A stretch of 64,000 nt of DNA from Azolla caroliniana (GCA_043228905.1 JBHGNT010000006.1:5704001-5768000); one strand, 5' to 3'. Counted from the stretch's first letter, positions 46,241-59,514 are shown. The notes: a model not told the origin generated them from the sequence alone. Numbers and translations: made by a program.

Positions 46241-49200
46241 TGTTAGGAACAGTACTAAGATAGAGAAGGAATTAGTACTAAACGAAGGATTAGTACTATG
46301 AGAGGTGTAGAACTTCTTTGAGAGAAGGAAGAAGTGAGCGAGACGGAGAGAAAGAGAGAGATCGAGAGAGGGAGAGAGTGATGATAAGAAAGATATGTAT
46401 TATGTGAAGAGAATATACAATGGTGGCTAAAAGGCTTAAGATTGGCGTTGAACCAATTTGGTTCAACATAATGCCTAGTGTCCTCTTTTATAGTGTTTTC
46501 AGGAGTAATCCTGAAGCTTCTAGAATGTTCCAGAGAAATCTGGAATATACATTAATTTCCTATAATAAAATGTAAATGAAAATAATATCCTATGTATTAC
46601 AATAGATGATCTAATGGTCAAGAGTTCGACCCATATAACCTAAAGTCATGGGTTTGAGTCTTGCCATATCATGACACTATCCCCCCTTTAAAACGACGAG
46701 TGTCACGAGTCGTCTTGGATTGAGGACCCGGTTTGTGTGGATATTGACGATGGAAGTCTTCAAGAAGAGCACGAGCATTGGTCACATTCTTGATCGGTTC
46801 CCAAGTACGTTTGCTAGGACTATAGCCTAGCCAATCGACTAAATAGTAGAGCTTGTTGCGGACAATCTTGGAATCAAGGATGGCGGCAACCTCGTACTCC
46901 GGCCCATCTTCAAGCTCGATCGGGGGTGGAGGTTGTATAAGACGTCCTGGGATGGTGCTCTCGTGATAGGGTTCGAGGAGAGAACTATGAACCATCGGAT
47001 GTATCCGAAGTTGAGGAGGTAGATCGAGACGAAAAGCGACATCATTAATCTGTCCAATATACGGAAAGGACCTAATCGCCGATAATCCAACTTCTCACAT
47101 GGGCGAGTAGTCTTGATGTGTCGTCATAGCAGCCACACCCGATCTCCAATATTAAAACTGGATGGAAGTCGATGACGATCCGCGTAGACCTTGTGTGTTT
47201 GTTGAGCTTGTTGGAGATGAGTAGATAAATCCGCTTGTATCTTGCGTAACCGCTCCAAACGATCCTCCGCGCATGGATTTGTGGACACCTCTGGGGTTTC
47301 AAGTACACTCCACCGGGGGTGACATCCCGTATAAGCATAAAATGGCGTAACTTTAGTGGATGCGTGGATAGAGTTGTTATAGGCAAATTCAGCGAAGTGG
47401 AGAATATCTGCCCAGTCATCCTGATGATAGCTGAGAAAGCACCGCAGATACTGCTCCAACGTTTGATTTGTTCGTTCAGCTTGGCCGTCGGTTTGTGGGT
47501 GGTAGCTGGAGGAGAGGTTACAAGTGACCTTGAGCATGTTAAAAAGGTGCTTCCAGAATTTTGACACGAACTGGGGTCCACGGTCGCTGATGATACTATC
47601 GGGAAGTCCATGATGCCGACATACTTCACGCATGACAATTTCGGCAGTGTCTTCACTGGAGATCTCCTTAGTACATGGCAAGAAATGAGCCATCTTCGTA
47701 TATCGATCGACCACTGTTAGAATCGCATTGAACCCCTTAGAGACTCGAAGATCTGTGATGAAGTCTAGAGCAATGGATTGCCACGGCTTGCTTGGAATTG
47801 GTAATGGTTCTAATAAACCATATGGATGATGCCTTGGCATTTTCGCTCTGCAGCATGTATCACAAGTCCGAACAAAATCCTCGACAAATTGTCGCATACA
47901 GGGCCACCAGAATGATCGTTGTACTAAATGTAATGTTTTAGTACTACCAAAATGCCCAGTTGTATATGTGTCATGACAGTTTTGTACTACTCGAAGGTGG
48001 CAAGAACCATTAGGAACATACAAAAGTTCTTTAAAGAAGAGTAATCCATCATGGTATTTGAATTGCCGATAGTCCGTACCTGGTGGTTGCGACTGTGAAC
48101 ACGACACTCGAGAGGGATCAATTTGTGCTAGTATAGCTTGGGCGAACGCATCTGTCTTCAAGTCTTCACATATGGTAACGATAATGCGGGAATCCATGGG
48201 CATGTCAAAGATCTGTGTTGCTTGTAGTCGTGTCGGTCCCAAGATGACTTGTTTTTGGTTATCAAAAGTTGGCTCGCCGGGACGGGGTGCTAGATACGAA
48301 CGTTGTGATAATGCATCTGCCTTCCCTTGGTGCTTCCCCGGACGATATGTAATTTTGAAGTCGAAACGCGTGAGGAAGTGGGACCACTGAGCTTGATGTC
48401 GATTCAACACACAAGCATCCTGAAAGTAGGCAAGATTCTTGTGGTCACTAAATACGGTGACTGGATGAGAGGATCCCTCCAGAAAATGCCTCCATTGCAT
48501 AAAAGAATCCACTATTGCCAATAGCTCCTTATCATGAATTTTGTAGTTGATTTCGGCGGCGTCAAACTTGCGTGAGTGAAAAGCCACAGGATGTAGCTTC
48601 TCATCATTGCCCTGTTGTGACAGAATGCTCCCCAATGCAAAATCCGATGCATCAGCTTCGATAATGAATGGTTTTTCCGGATCGACATGAGCTAGAATTG
48701 GAGCCGATGTAAATGCCTTTTTAAGACTCTTGAAAGCCATGTCCGTTTCTTCAGACCAGATGAACGGTTGTCCCTTTCTGGTAAGTTGTGTGAGAGGTAG
48801 AATGATCTTTGAGTAATCTTGTATGAACTTCCAATAAAAATTGGCAAAGCCTAGGAAGCATTGCACATCCCGCACCGAACGCGGAGCGGAGTCTGCCATT
48901 CTACCACCGTTTTGACCTTAGCTGGGTCCATGGAGATGCCTTCTGACGAAATGATGTAGCCGAGAAATTCCACTTGGTTGCACCTGAAACTACATTTTTC
49001 CAGCTTTGCATACAAACCATGTTCTCGAAGTCGTTTTAGTACTAATAGTACATGAGAATCGTGTTCTTCTTGGGTCTTTGAATAAACCAGTAGATCATCC
49101 AAATAGATGATCAAACAATCATCCAATAGATCTCGGAATATATCATTAGCCATGTGTTGGAAGACTGTCAGCGCATTAGTGAGGCCGAACGGCATGACCG

Positions 49201-51915
49201 TATACTCGAAGTGCCCATATCTGGTGCGAAACGCGGTCTTCCATTCGTCTCCTGGTCGGATCCGTACGAGGTTATATGCTCCTTGTAAGTCGATCTTCGT
49301 GAAGAACCTAGCACCATTGATCCATTCTAAAAGACTTGAGATAAGGGGAAGAGCATACTTATTCCTAATTGTAACCTTATTCAAGCCACGGTAATCTACA
49401 ACAAGACAAAGCGATCCATCCTTTTTCTTAACGAAGAAAATGGGCGCGCCGGCTAGAGATTTTGAATGCCGAATGAAACCATTTTCCAAATTCTCCTCTA
49501 TATAGGCCCGAAGGACTTCCAGCTCGGTTGGTGACAAATTGTAGATCGGTCCCCATGGCGGCTCTTTTCCCGGTTGTAAATCGATGGGGCAATCATACGG
49601 TCGATGATGAGGAAGTGTGTTGGCTTGTACTTTATCGAACACATCAGCGTAATGACGATACTTCTCGGGAAGTTGAACGGTGGATTCTTCTTTAGTGGTG
49701 CTGGAGGGTTTACTGATATTGCAAAGAGGAACATTTCCTCCTTGCGCCCTTCTTTACGCAACTGACGTAGCGAAATGGTTGCCATCTTCTGAGTTGATCC
49801 TTGGGTTTGTCGACACCGGATTTCTCTTGTTCTCCAATCTATGTCTGGGTTATGTAACTCGAACCACGGTAATCCTAAAACTATAGGATGTTCTGGGATA
49901 CTAATAATATTAAATGATACTACACATGCTAAGTTATCTAGGACAATATTAATGGGCTCTGACTCTTCTATTATATTTTGGGAAGCAATGGGACATCCAT
50001 CAATGACTACTATAGAGGTTGGACACTGGAGTTTTCTTAGGGATATCTTATGAGCTTGAGCAAATTTCTTATCCATAAAGCAAGAGTTAGCTCCGGAATC
50101 TAGGAGTGCTAGGACATGTACTGGAGGGGTACTTTTAGTACTAACTATTACTTGGGCTACGAACACATCACTAACTTGCTTAGAGGGAATGGAACCGCTA
50201 ATGGGTTGCACAGATCTAGGGCTGTCCAACCAAACGGCTCCTATTTTGGCTGGACTTAGTCGTTTAACTCTTCTTCTACCTGACTAAGGACATCAAATCT
50301 GATCGCTAGATCTGGGCTATTAGTACTATTAGGACTATCAGATATCCCTACTGAAATAAGCTCGGGTTTAGTACAATTAGAACTAGCAACTATTTGGTTT
50401 ACCTGTCTTCTTGGCCTGTGGGGGCAATTTATTGCAATATGTCCTGGTCCACCGCAGTAAAGACATAGTCGATTTGTACGGTGTCGCTGCTTTTCTTCTT
50501 CGGATAATGACCCTCGACGACGTGTAGTGTCAATCTCCATCGGAGTCGGAGTATTCGCTGGAGGCGCATTATATGACTCCCTCGGAAAAGGTCTTGCTAC
50601 CACTGAAGTGTAGGTGGGCTCTGATCTTGCCCTCGGCATCTGTAGCTGTCATTCCGAACGTCGCTCAAAGAGGTGGTTGTCACATCTCACCGCGCGAGTG
50701 ATTGCTTCTGTTAAGGACTTTGGCTCTTCGGGGAAGGTCAAGATTAATCCTTGATGTTGTTGCATAAACCATAACGGAATTGCTCCATCAACGCTTGATC
50801 ATCCCAAGGGATATCGGCGGCGAGTAGGCGAAAATCTGCAGCGTATGCGGAGGCTGGACGATCACCTTGGCGTAATCACCGAATTTTGTTTATTGCGGTC
50901 CTGATGCTGTCAGTATCTCCGAAACATGCTTTAAACGCACCTAGAAACTCTTCAAAATTGTTGAGTAACAGAGATTCCTTTTCTAATAGTGGAGCGAACC
51001 ATGCCAATGCTGAACCACTTAACAAAGTGCCTACTAAACCCACTCGTGATGCATCGGTGGGATATCGGGAAGGATGCATTTGAATAACTAATCGTACCTG
51101 GTTAAGGAACCCTCTAAACTGCAATCGTGTTCCATCGAACTTCGTGGGAAGGCCAATCTTGGGTTCTTTATAAATCCCTTGTGTTCCGAGCCCTTGTTGT
51201 TGCATCGCTACGATGGTTGCTTCGAGTTGTTGCACGCGTAACGCAAGTTCCCCATGTTGTTGTTGCGTTTGCTGCTTTTCTAAGGAGATTTGCTGAAGAT
51301 CCCCCAGCAACCGTTGGTTTTCTTGTTCCAAAGCATGGAACTTCTCTTTCAAGCATTGAAATTCCGAGAAAACAGATTGATATTCTTCAGCGCTAACAGT
51401 GGCCATGGGATGAAAGAAAAGAGGAATAAGAGATTAGTAGGAAATGAGAGAGACAAAAGGTAGGAAATTTGGTTCAAACTGTCAGGAACAGTACTAAGAC
51501 AGAGAAGGAATTAGTACTAAACGAAGGATTAGTACTATGAGAGGTGTAGAACTTCTTTGAGAGAAGGAAGAAGTGAGCGAGAGGGAGAGAAAGAGAGAAA
51601 TCGAGAGAGGGAGAGAGTGATGATAAGAAAGATATGTATTATGTGAAGAGAATATACAATGGTGGCTAAAAGGCTTAAGACTAGCGTTGAACCAATTTGG
51701 TTCAACATAATGCCTAGTGCCCTCTTTTATAGTGTTTTCAGGAGTAATCCTAAAGCTTCTAGAATGTTCTAGAGAAATTTGGAATATACATTAATTTCCT
51801 ATAATAAAATGTAAATGAAAATAATATCCTACGTATTACAATAGATTATCTAATGGTCAAGAGCTCGACCCATATAACCTAAGGTCATGGGTTCAGGTCT
51901 TGCCATATCATGACA
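46241..51915 (-). mobile_element. Element L: full-length Tcn1-like chromovirus; LTRs 46241-46676 and 51480-51915 (436 bp)
   Basis: Perfect TSD GGCAC, PPT AAAGGGGGGATAG, no tRNA PBS. Order is gag-PR-RT-RH-INT-chromodomain. Confidence 0.95.
46669..51406 (-). pseudogene. L gag and pol with chromodomain, several frameshifts and stops
   Basis: CLYCGGPGHIAINC, LLDSGA, IYLDDLL, EADASDFALG, GHFG...CDTC, YEVAAILD...YLVDWLGY...TWEP. Confidence 0.92.
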
Positions 51916-54052
51916 GGCACTCCTGAAGGCATACGGAGGGCGGCCGAAAGGCTGGGGAAGGCGTGACTTCGACCAATGGATATCGTCGGCGAAGACCCAC
52001 CAAGGCGCAATGAAGGCGTTCCGAGAGTACAAGCGGCGGCTTGCTCGGCTCCCAGAGTGGGAACAAGGTTTGGTGGGGGCGGACAAAGTCCTATTGTTCG
52101 TCAGGTCAATCGATCGAGCGGAACGGGAGGCCATCGGGATTGAGCTCGAAGACGAGGACGGAGCGAATGGCCTCACCAAGGACTGGTCGAAGGTCGGAAG
52201 GGTGTGCCAACGGCTAGATGACGAGCGAGCCGAGAAGGCTAAGAGGAAGGCGCGCGACAGCGTGCCATCACAGCGGGAAGAGGCCGAACGGCAAAGAGAG
52301 TCGGCAAGGGTCGGCGTTGGGGCCAGGATTGCAGAGACGTACGCAGCTCTCGAGGTGATGCTCGAGGAAGAGGAAAGATCAAGGCCGCAAGCCGAGACCA
52401 AGGAGACGAACTTGCCCCACGCGATGGTGGAAGACCGGTACCACGGGAGAGGGTGTGGAACATAATGCCCTCTCGACTTGCGGAGAATTGCCGACCGAGG
52501 ACAAGGTCGGGAGCGGAGAAGAGCCCTCCACGCGGAATCCGGAGACTCCGGTGGTCGAGCCCGTGTGCCGACATGAGACCGGAGAGAAGGAAGGCGCCGA
52601 CGAGGAGTGGAATACAACGATGTGGACAAATATAAAGATAAAATAGGTTTGCTCCATCTAATTATGATGGGAAGAGTCTCAAAACTATGCAGAATACATC
52701 AATGTTTATTTATTAAACAAACACTAAATCTCTCATTCGAAATACATATGACCAGTATTTTGTCAATAGATTATAAATATTAAGACCAATATCACCTAAA
52801 ATTCTATATTCAGAAGCTTATAATCATGCAATAATAGAAGAAAATAGGTGCATGGATAAATTATAAAGCATTTGTAAAGTAATGAAATAAATGAAGTTGC
52901 ATTCATGCAAATGGTACTATTAGTTGAATGAAAGTCATCATAATAAGTATGACAATTAGATGTCTCAAAAAGAAGCGCGTTTAGTGTGTGGTTGAAACTA
53001 AGAATTGACACATGCCTCTTACTTTAATAATGAAATGTCACTTCTTCTAGTTACCCATATCTCTCCCTATGTCTTAATTTCTCTCTTTATAATTAACTTC
53101 AACTTAACGTCTATTTTATCTTATTGATTCTCGTACTCAAAGCCATACAATTAGATATTTGTACCCCAGGGCCCATTTCTATTTGTGAAAGTTATATTGA
53201 CAATTGAACATTGAGGAGCTAAGTAAACATACGAGGACATAAATAAGTTTAATTACTTCAATCATTATCATAGCATATATTGCAATTTATAAGTCGAGTA
53301 ATCTACCCCTTATTGCCATCAAACATCGATGTGATTTCAGCCTAAGGCGATACCAGCCATGCAAAAGTAAAAATAATTTTTTGTGTCTTGACCTTCATTG
53401 CTCGCATCTATTTGTGTTTTCCCACCCAAGTCATTTGAAACTTTCATCTAATAACATTTGACCATATCAACAATGCATTACCTAGTTCACAAATAGTTTT
53501 TATGAAGCTTAGAGACATCAAAAAGCACTTGGTGAGCTATTTTATTGACATGAATTTGAAATTTGTGTATCACCTTTTAAACATGTGTCCAATAGATGCT
53601 AAGTTACTTTATGATGACAACGCTTCTACAACATGTTTCTAGCACCAAGTTGCCATCATAAGATGCCCTTCCACCTTAATGTCCTTATAAATATAGTATT
53701 CATCAAAACACGTCCTTCTATGTCCCTTTACATCACAACATGACTCAAACATATTGAAACATGCAAATATAGTGCACAATCAACTCTTTCCATCACACTT
53801 CACCATATCTTATGACTTGAAATATTGTTAATATGACTTTTCTTACAACATACAAAGAGAAGGCAAAGAAGGCTAAACCCAAATATGTACTTATAGGGAG
53901 AGCTAGAATGAGTCAACTTTATAATCTTGGATATATGTGGGCCCTAATGATATTATATGGTAATATTCCCCGAATGAGCTAGAATATCTTTTAAATATTT
54001 CTCTAACGATAGACGGAACACTCAATTTTTAATGCTAAGACACATTTTTAAA

Positions 54053-54054
<2 letters not shown>

Positions 54055-54099
<45 letters not shown>

Positions 54100-54881
54100 G
54101 GGATCACTTCCCATTGAGATCATGGCCATAGAAAGGATTGTTGAATATGTGCTCAAGGTTCAAAAAAGTCCCTCACATCAACTTCCTATAATTGCATGGG
54201 AAGCAAGCAAAAAGATCCAAAAGGCACATAAAAAGCAAAATATTGTGTACCGCTTGAATGTAAGATATGGAAAAATGGTTTGGTTGATGGGATGCAACAC
54301 ACTTGCTTCATGATGCATGACTAGATTCGTTTGTAAATGAGGCCTTTTTGCAACACCAATGTATCATGACACGGGACAAATGTGGAGGATCACGCTTCAT
54401 ACATTATATTACACATGTTGTACCTAACTACAAAACCATATTCATGGAACGGGGAAACCGTACACATCGATATATGTCAGAGCCCATCTCATTATTTGCC
54501 ATTCAAACCATTGCTTCCATGCGACTTAGCTCACATGCATTGCGATGTGAGACGAGGCTTTGGGTCGCAAGTGATGAGAGTGGTCGACTATGCACACTTT
54601 GTCCAAACAAGTTCGAGAGTCTGAGTATCACACTTTGATACAATGCATTGGCTTTGATCATATTCAACCATGCTTTCCACACATCTTTAGCCAAGCCCAA
54701 TCCTTGCACAAATTTCTCTCACAACCACAACGTGCACTCTCAACTACAACATTCATTGGTAAAGTTCTTGAACATTGAGAATTGCTACTCACTTTCATAT
54801 GTATAATGTGAAATGTAATAATTTTGTTCTCATAGGTCATACTTGACCTCGGAAGACGATAATAGAATCTATCTATCTATC
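54055..54881 (+). mobile_element. 5'-truncated LINE 3' fragment (same family as 43230-45014), preceded by (CT)n 54055-54097 and ending in an (ATCT)n tail
   Basis: GSLPIEIMAIERIVEY matches 44575-; RLSSHALRCET...RLCTLCP zinc-finger remnant; tail at 54867-54881. Confidence 0.75.
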
Positions 54882-54999
54882 GTAAATAATGGCTTTGATT
54901 ATGAAAGAAAGAAAACACTATCGTCACTAACTTACGACAAAGTAGAGAACCCTTATCAAGAGCTAGATACTACTACAATTGCAAACTCAATGCCACCTT

Positions 55000-56150
55000 A
55001 CACACTAATTCAAATGGCGAATATGATGATATGTGACCTAGCAGAATTCCTCTCTTTTCATGGTTGAGATTTCGTGACTTCTCTAGCATTGTCAATTGCC
55101 ACAAAAGAAGTCCTTTTAACTTTACAACGTTTTTTCTCACCCCAACTTGTGATTCAAAAGTGAAGGCGTTCAACATATATCCAATTGAACTACAACCCCC
55201 AATACCTCAAGAACTTAAAAATAATTTGGAAATGAGGCATTGGTTCATTGTTCTCCATATGTGCAAAAACTCAACTGAAGGAAGATAGGCTTACTCTAGT
55301 TAGAGAGATCCACACTAAATCGATACACTTCCAAACAATCTTAGTAATCGAACATGAAAGAAATAGATGCTTACTATGTTCCAATTCTATCAAACAAAAG
55401 AAACATGTTCCTCAAGTAATGTTTTATTTTTTTAATGCATCCCCCAATGGTAAAGCTCCAACCATAACTCTCCAAAGGAATGAATACCTTAGCTCGTACC
55501 ATCAATTGAGAACACCAACTTGTCTTGATCACATGAAACCACCAAGTAACGCGCTTATGAAAACCCCATACCTTTATAACCCTTTATTCTATCCACTTAA
55601 TGTTTGTCAATCAACTTGTGATAAGCATCATTTGTTGTGAATCTGTGATCATAGTCAATCTCCTATTTCCAACAAATGTCCAATCAAGCTCTTGAGATCC
55701 CCCATCTAAATTAGGAATTTTCTCATACAAAGATAGTAATTCTTGCAACTTATCCCAAATAAAGGTATAACCTTTTGGAATACGAAATGTTGATCTTGTT
55801 GTTCGAAAGGCCATCAATCTTCCTTGTGACATCAACTTAGCATCCTTGATTGTTACCAAACCCAATCTAACCATCAAAGGTTAAGAATTCGTTTACCTTC
55901 CCACCTCAATAACCTTGATGTCACCAAAACCTTCATTTTGTAATGAATTGGCACATCCCCTTTCTTGTGGAGGATGCCATTCTACAAAACCCAACATACT
56001 TTGTCAAGATGCGAGCAAAATGATTAACTATCAGAGAACCTGCACATTCGACATTCCTTACAGAATTAATGATATTCCACCGATTAGCTTCAACCGTCTC
56101 ATGTTTCCGAGCTTAATTCCTATCATCTCTATAAAGTATGCAACCATATC
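55000..56150 (-). mobile_element. Old L1-clade LINE ORF2 C-terminal fragment
   Basis: Minus-strand translation around 55320-55412 gives GTCFFCLIELEHSKHLFLSCSITKIVWKCI, a zf-RVT-like CCHC motif. Boundaries are approximate. Confidence 0.55.
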
Positions 56151-56538
56151 TATCTAAGGTTGTACACCCTCAAAACATAAATCGAATGGAAATAAATTGA
56201 CGAGCCACTAGATGCTCTTGCTCGTATAAAATTCAATATGGATGTTTTTTTGGAAAAATAAAATAAAATATAATATGGATGCCCCACCAAGACAACCACG
56301 ACAAATGCACTTTTCCCCTTTTATTTTCTTTTTTATTTTGTAAACCAATTGTCTCATGGGCCAAATTTGGTCTTAGAAGATGTTAGTACATATATCTTTC
56401 TTTATCTCTCTCTCTCTCTCTCTTCCCGCCCCCTTTCATGACCGTTTCGTTTATAGCTCGCGTTTCCTTGCCTGCAGCGTTTCCCCCGTTTCCCCCGTTT
56501 CCTGAACTCCTGGCCCGTATCTCGCCCGTTCCTCCGCG

Positions 56539-56798
56539 ATGGCGTCCATCGACTCCCTCTCCGTAGAAGATCTTCTGCTCACCGGGATCCCCCAGTCCCT
56601 TGCCGCTCAGATCCACGAGAAAATCCAGGGAATCCTTGCTCAGACCTGCGATTCTCCTTCGCATACATGGAAATTGATCTGCTCAGAGATCCTTCTGCCT
56701 TCTCATCCATTCCTTCTCCACCATCTTCTCTACTACTCCAATTACAGAAGATGGGATAATAAAAGCCTCGGTCCTCCTCCTGCATGGATGCCATCTTT
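56539..56798 (+). CDS. AAE17: Acyl-activating enzyme 17/18-like (AMP-binding, acetate-CoA ligase-like family), exon 1
   Basis: MASIDSLSVEDLLLTGI...LLPSHPFLLHHLLYYSNY...GPPPAWMPS matches the AAE17/AAE18 N-terminus. GTAAGT donor (phase 2) and CT-rich 5' region. AAE17 versus AAE18 orthology is not resolved. Confidence 0.85.
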
Positions 56799-57782
56799 GT
56801 AAGTGTGCGTAAATATTCACATTTTTTGTAGTTGCAATTTCATTGATGTGGTCAATGCCGTGGGGTGAAATTATGGTGAATTTCGTAGCATACATTTCAA
56901 CATATATTGTGAATTCCTATAATGATACGGCACCTGTATCTTAAACTGTGTTCGATTGTATTTTTGCCATTGTTTGCAGTTTCTTTAGTTATTAAAAAAT
57001 GCCTATTTTATGTTTTGAATACGTTTTAGAATACTCTGAGGTATTCTATATTTTAGAACTGCCATTTAAAAATATTTCATGTATTCTAGATGTTCTAATT
57101 TTTGACATATTCTAAGTATTTACCGTTTCCAAAAAGCTAAAATTTTTGTTTATAAAAAGAAGCATTTAACATATTCTACCTGTATTCTATGTATCTAACA
57201 TATTTCACATATTTTATCTATAGTAAACGTATTCCAAATATTTAAAAAAATGATAGAATACTAGGCATACGTATTCTGCATGTATTGGATGCTAAGTATT
57301 CTACAACTATGACAACTTCCCCGTGAAATCTTTGTGAATGTTTCCATCTGTTTCTGAGTTCTGTCTTTGCTTACCATTAACTAGTTGAAGTTCCTCAAGA
57401 AAGTTCATGTGAATTTTGTTGCGATTTCATGTTTTTCATTGAGTAATAGGAAGTGCCTCGGTGAAATCCAATCACCCATTGGAAATTATAATACACGTTT
57501 TAATCTCCCGTCATTGTTTGAGTTTGTCTCTTGAATCACCTAAGATGTATGTTGTCGCACTGCAAATCTTTACTTAAAGTTTCTTGCTGAAATTTTACGT
57601 GCATTTGTTGCATGCATGGAAGCCTCTCCTGGGACTGTTTATTAAGGAATTTCAGTGACGGAAATGTATTTGAAACTTTGTATTATTGTATTGGAATGTT
57701 TGTGATCAGATTAAAGTTTTTAAGATGAGCACTTAATTGATGAGCATTTATGTGAATCTATGTGAACATCATAATCTCCTTA

Positions 57783-58120
57783 TTCCATTTCAGTCTTGTA
57801 AGCATAAGCACCTAAATCTTTATCCTAGTAAGTTTCTTGTTAGAATCTATATAAATTGGTTACACATGTGACAATAGTCTTCACTATTCTGTTTCTATTT
57901 CAGTCTTGTAAGCATAAGCACCTAAATCTTTATCTTTGTAAGTTTCTTGTTAGAATCTATATAAATTGGTAACATATGTAACAATACTCTTCACCATTCT
58001 GTTTCCATTTCAGTCTTGTAAGCATAAGCACCTAAATCTTTATCCTTATAAGTTTATTGTTAGAATCTATATAAATTGGTAACATATGTGACAATACTCT
58101 TCATTATTTTGTTTCATTTA
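57783..58120. repeat. 110-bp tandem repeat (3 copies) in intron 1
   Basis: CAGTCTTGTAAGCATAAGCACCTAAATCTTTATC at 57791, 57901 and 58011. Confidence 0.92.
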
Positions 58121-59514
58121 TGTTCTTTGTTTGCAATAAAATTAAAGTTTCTTGGTGTAAACTATGTGAATTTGTAGCATCTCTCCTCAGTCTCTTCCTT
58201 GTTGCATTTCAGTTCTTTGTTTGCGACGAAGTTAAGTTTCACGTTGACATCTATGTGATTTTTTAGTAGGATACATTGCAACTCTTGTCGATCTGTTCCA
58301 TTTGAATTGCAATGTCTGCAATGAAGTTAAAGTTTCTTGGTAAAATCTTCTCGACTTTGTTGTGTACATTGTTTTAATCTCTCTCCAATTCCTTCCTTGT
58401 TTACTGTAAAGAATCTTAAAAGTTTTGATACGAGGTTAAAGGATCTTAGAGGAGCTCTTATGTGTCAAAATCTATAACAAAACTTAAGTATGCTGTATAT
58501 CCATCTTCATGATGAGATAATCTCTTGTCAATCCCGTCTTTGCTTCCTTTCTCTCTTGTATACCCCCAAAATTTAATTTTATTGAATTCTTCCTTCTTTC
58601 ATTTCTATGTTTATAAGCACCTCAGCTTCATTTTTTTCTGCATTTCCATGCTTCCAATGAACTTATTAAAGCGATCTATAAGCATTTTGGAGACAATCCT
58701 CATGTTATACTTAAATGGAAGAAAAGGCTGTCAATCCAACTGGCTGAAACCCTGAATATAAGCATTATTGAGAAAGAGTTATAATACTTGAGAGAGCTGA
58801 AACTTTCAGTGCCATTGGCTGTTTTGGGGAAAGTAATAATAATATTAGACTAAATTTTTTAAAGGAAAGCTTTTCCAAAGTGTAGTTTATTCAGGTGGCC
58901 CCCAACCTATTTATTTCAGTGGCAGCTTTCTATTTCTCTGAACTATTTCTGCTGGATTACTCGAAATTGTATCTTTCATGAATCCTTGTTTGTGAATTTG
59001 AAAATATTTTTCTATTTGCTTATATTCAATTTTTTCAGCTGTCAATATTTGATTCTTCCTATGGAGATTCTTTTCAATTCAATAGTTTTGGGAGTGTACA
59101 GAGTAATTAGAATATGCATATATTTTTTGGGCTCCCTGCATAGAATTTGAAATCATTTTTCTATTTGCTTATATTAATGTAATTTTTAATTTATTGCTTC
59201 TTGAAAATTTACTTTTCTTTATTTGATATTCATCAAATTTCTCAGCTGTCAATATTTGATTCTTCCTATGGAGATTCTTTTCAATTGAATAGTTTTGGGT
59301 GTGTACAGAGTAATGAAAATATGCATATATTTTGGGCTCCCTGCATATGTAAGTTCAAACTCTTGGTTTGGTCTTATGAAGGTATATGCATGCGAGTATT
59401 ATCTGCATATGCGCAATGCAAGTGATTCCTGGCTAGCAGCATATTGTCATTTATGCCGACTTCTTGTATTTCTGGTTCATGACTAATTTCTCACATGAAC
59501 TTCTTTTTCTGAAG

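Larger units (their letters stand above)
45019..52608 (+). mobile_element. Element M: A-family element; 5' LTR 45019-45899, PBS-Trp, gag 45937-46240 + 51921-52465, truncated at ~52608 with no 3' LTR
   Basis: LTR nearly identical to the A LTR in U3 and U5. The gag is colinear with A across insertion L. Similarity to A stops abruptly after GAGGAGT. Confidence 0.85.

Noticed and set aside
52609-54050. Possible degenerate DNA-transposon remnant in the AT-rich spacer
   Set aside because: I could not identify terminal inverted repeats, a TSD or a convincing protein motif by eye.
56980-57310. Possible MITE in intron 1 (many TATTCTA/TAGAATA words)
   Set aside because: No clear terminal inverted repeats or TSD could be defined.
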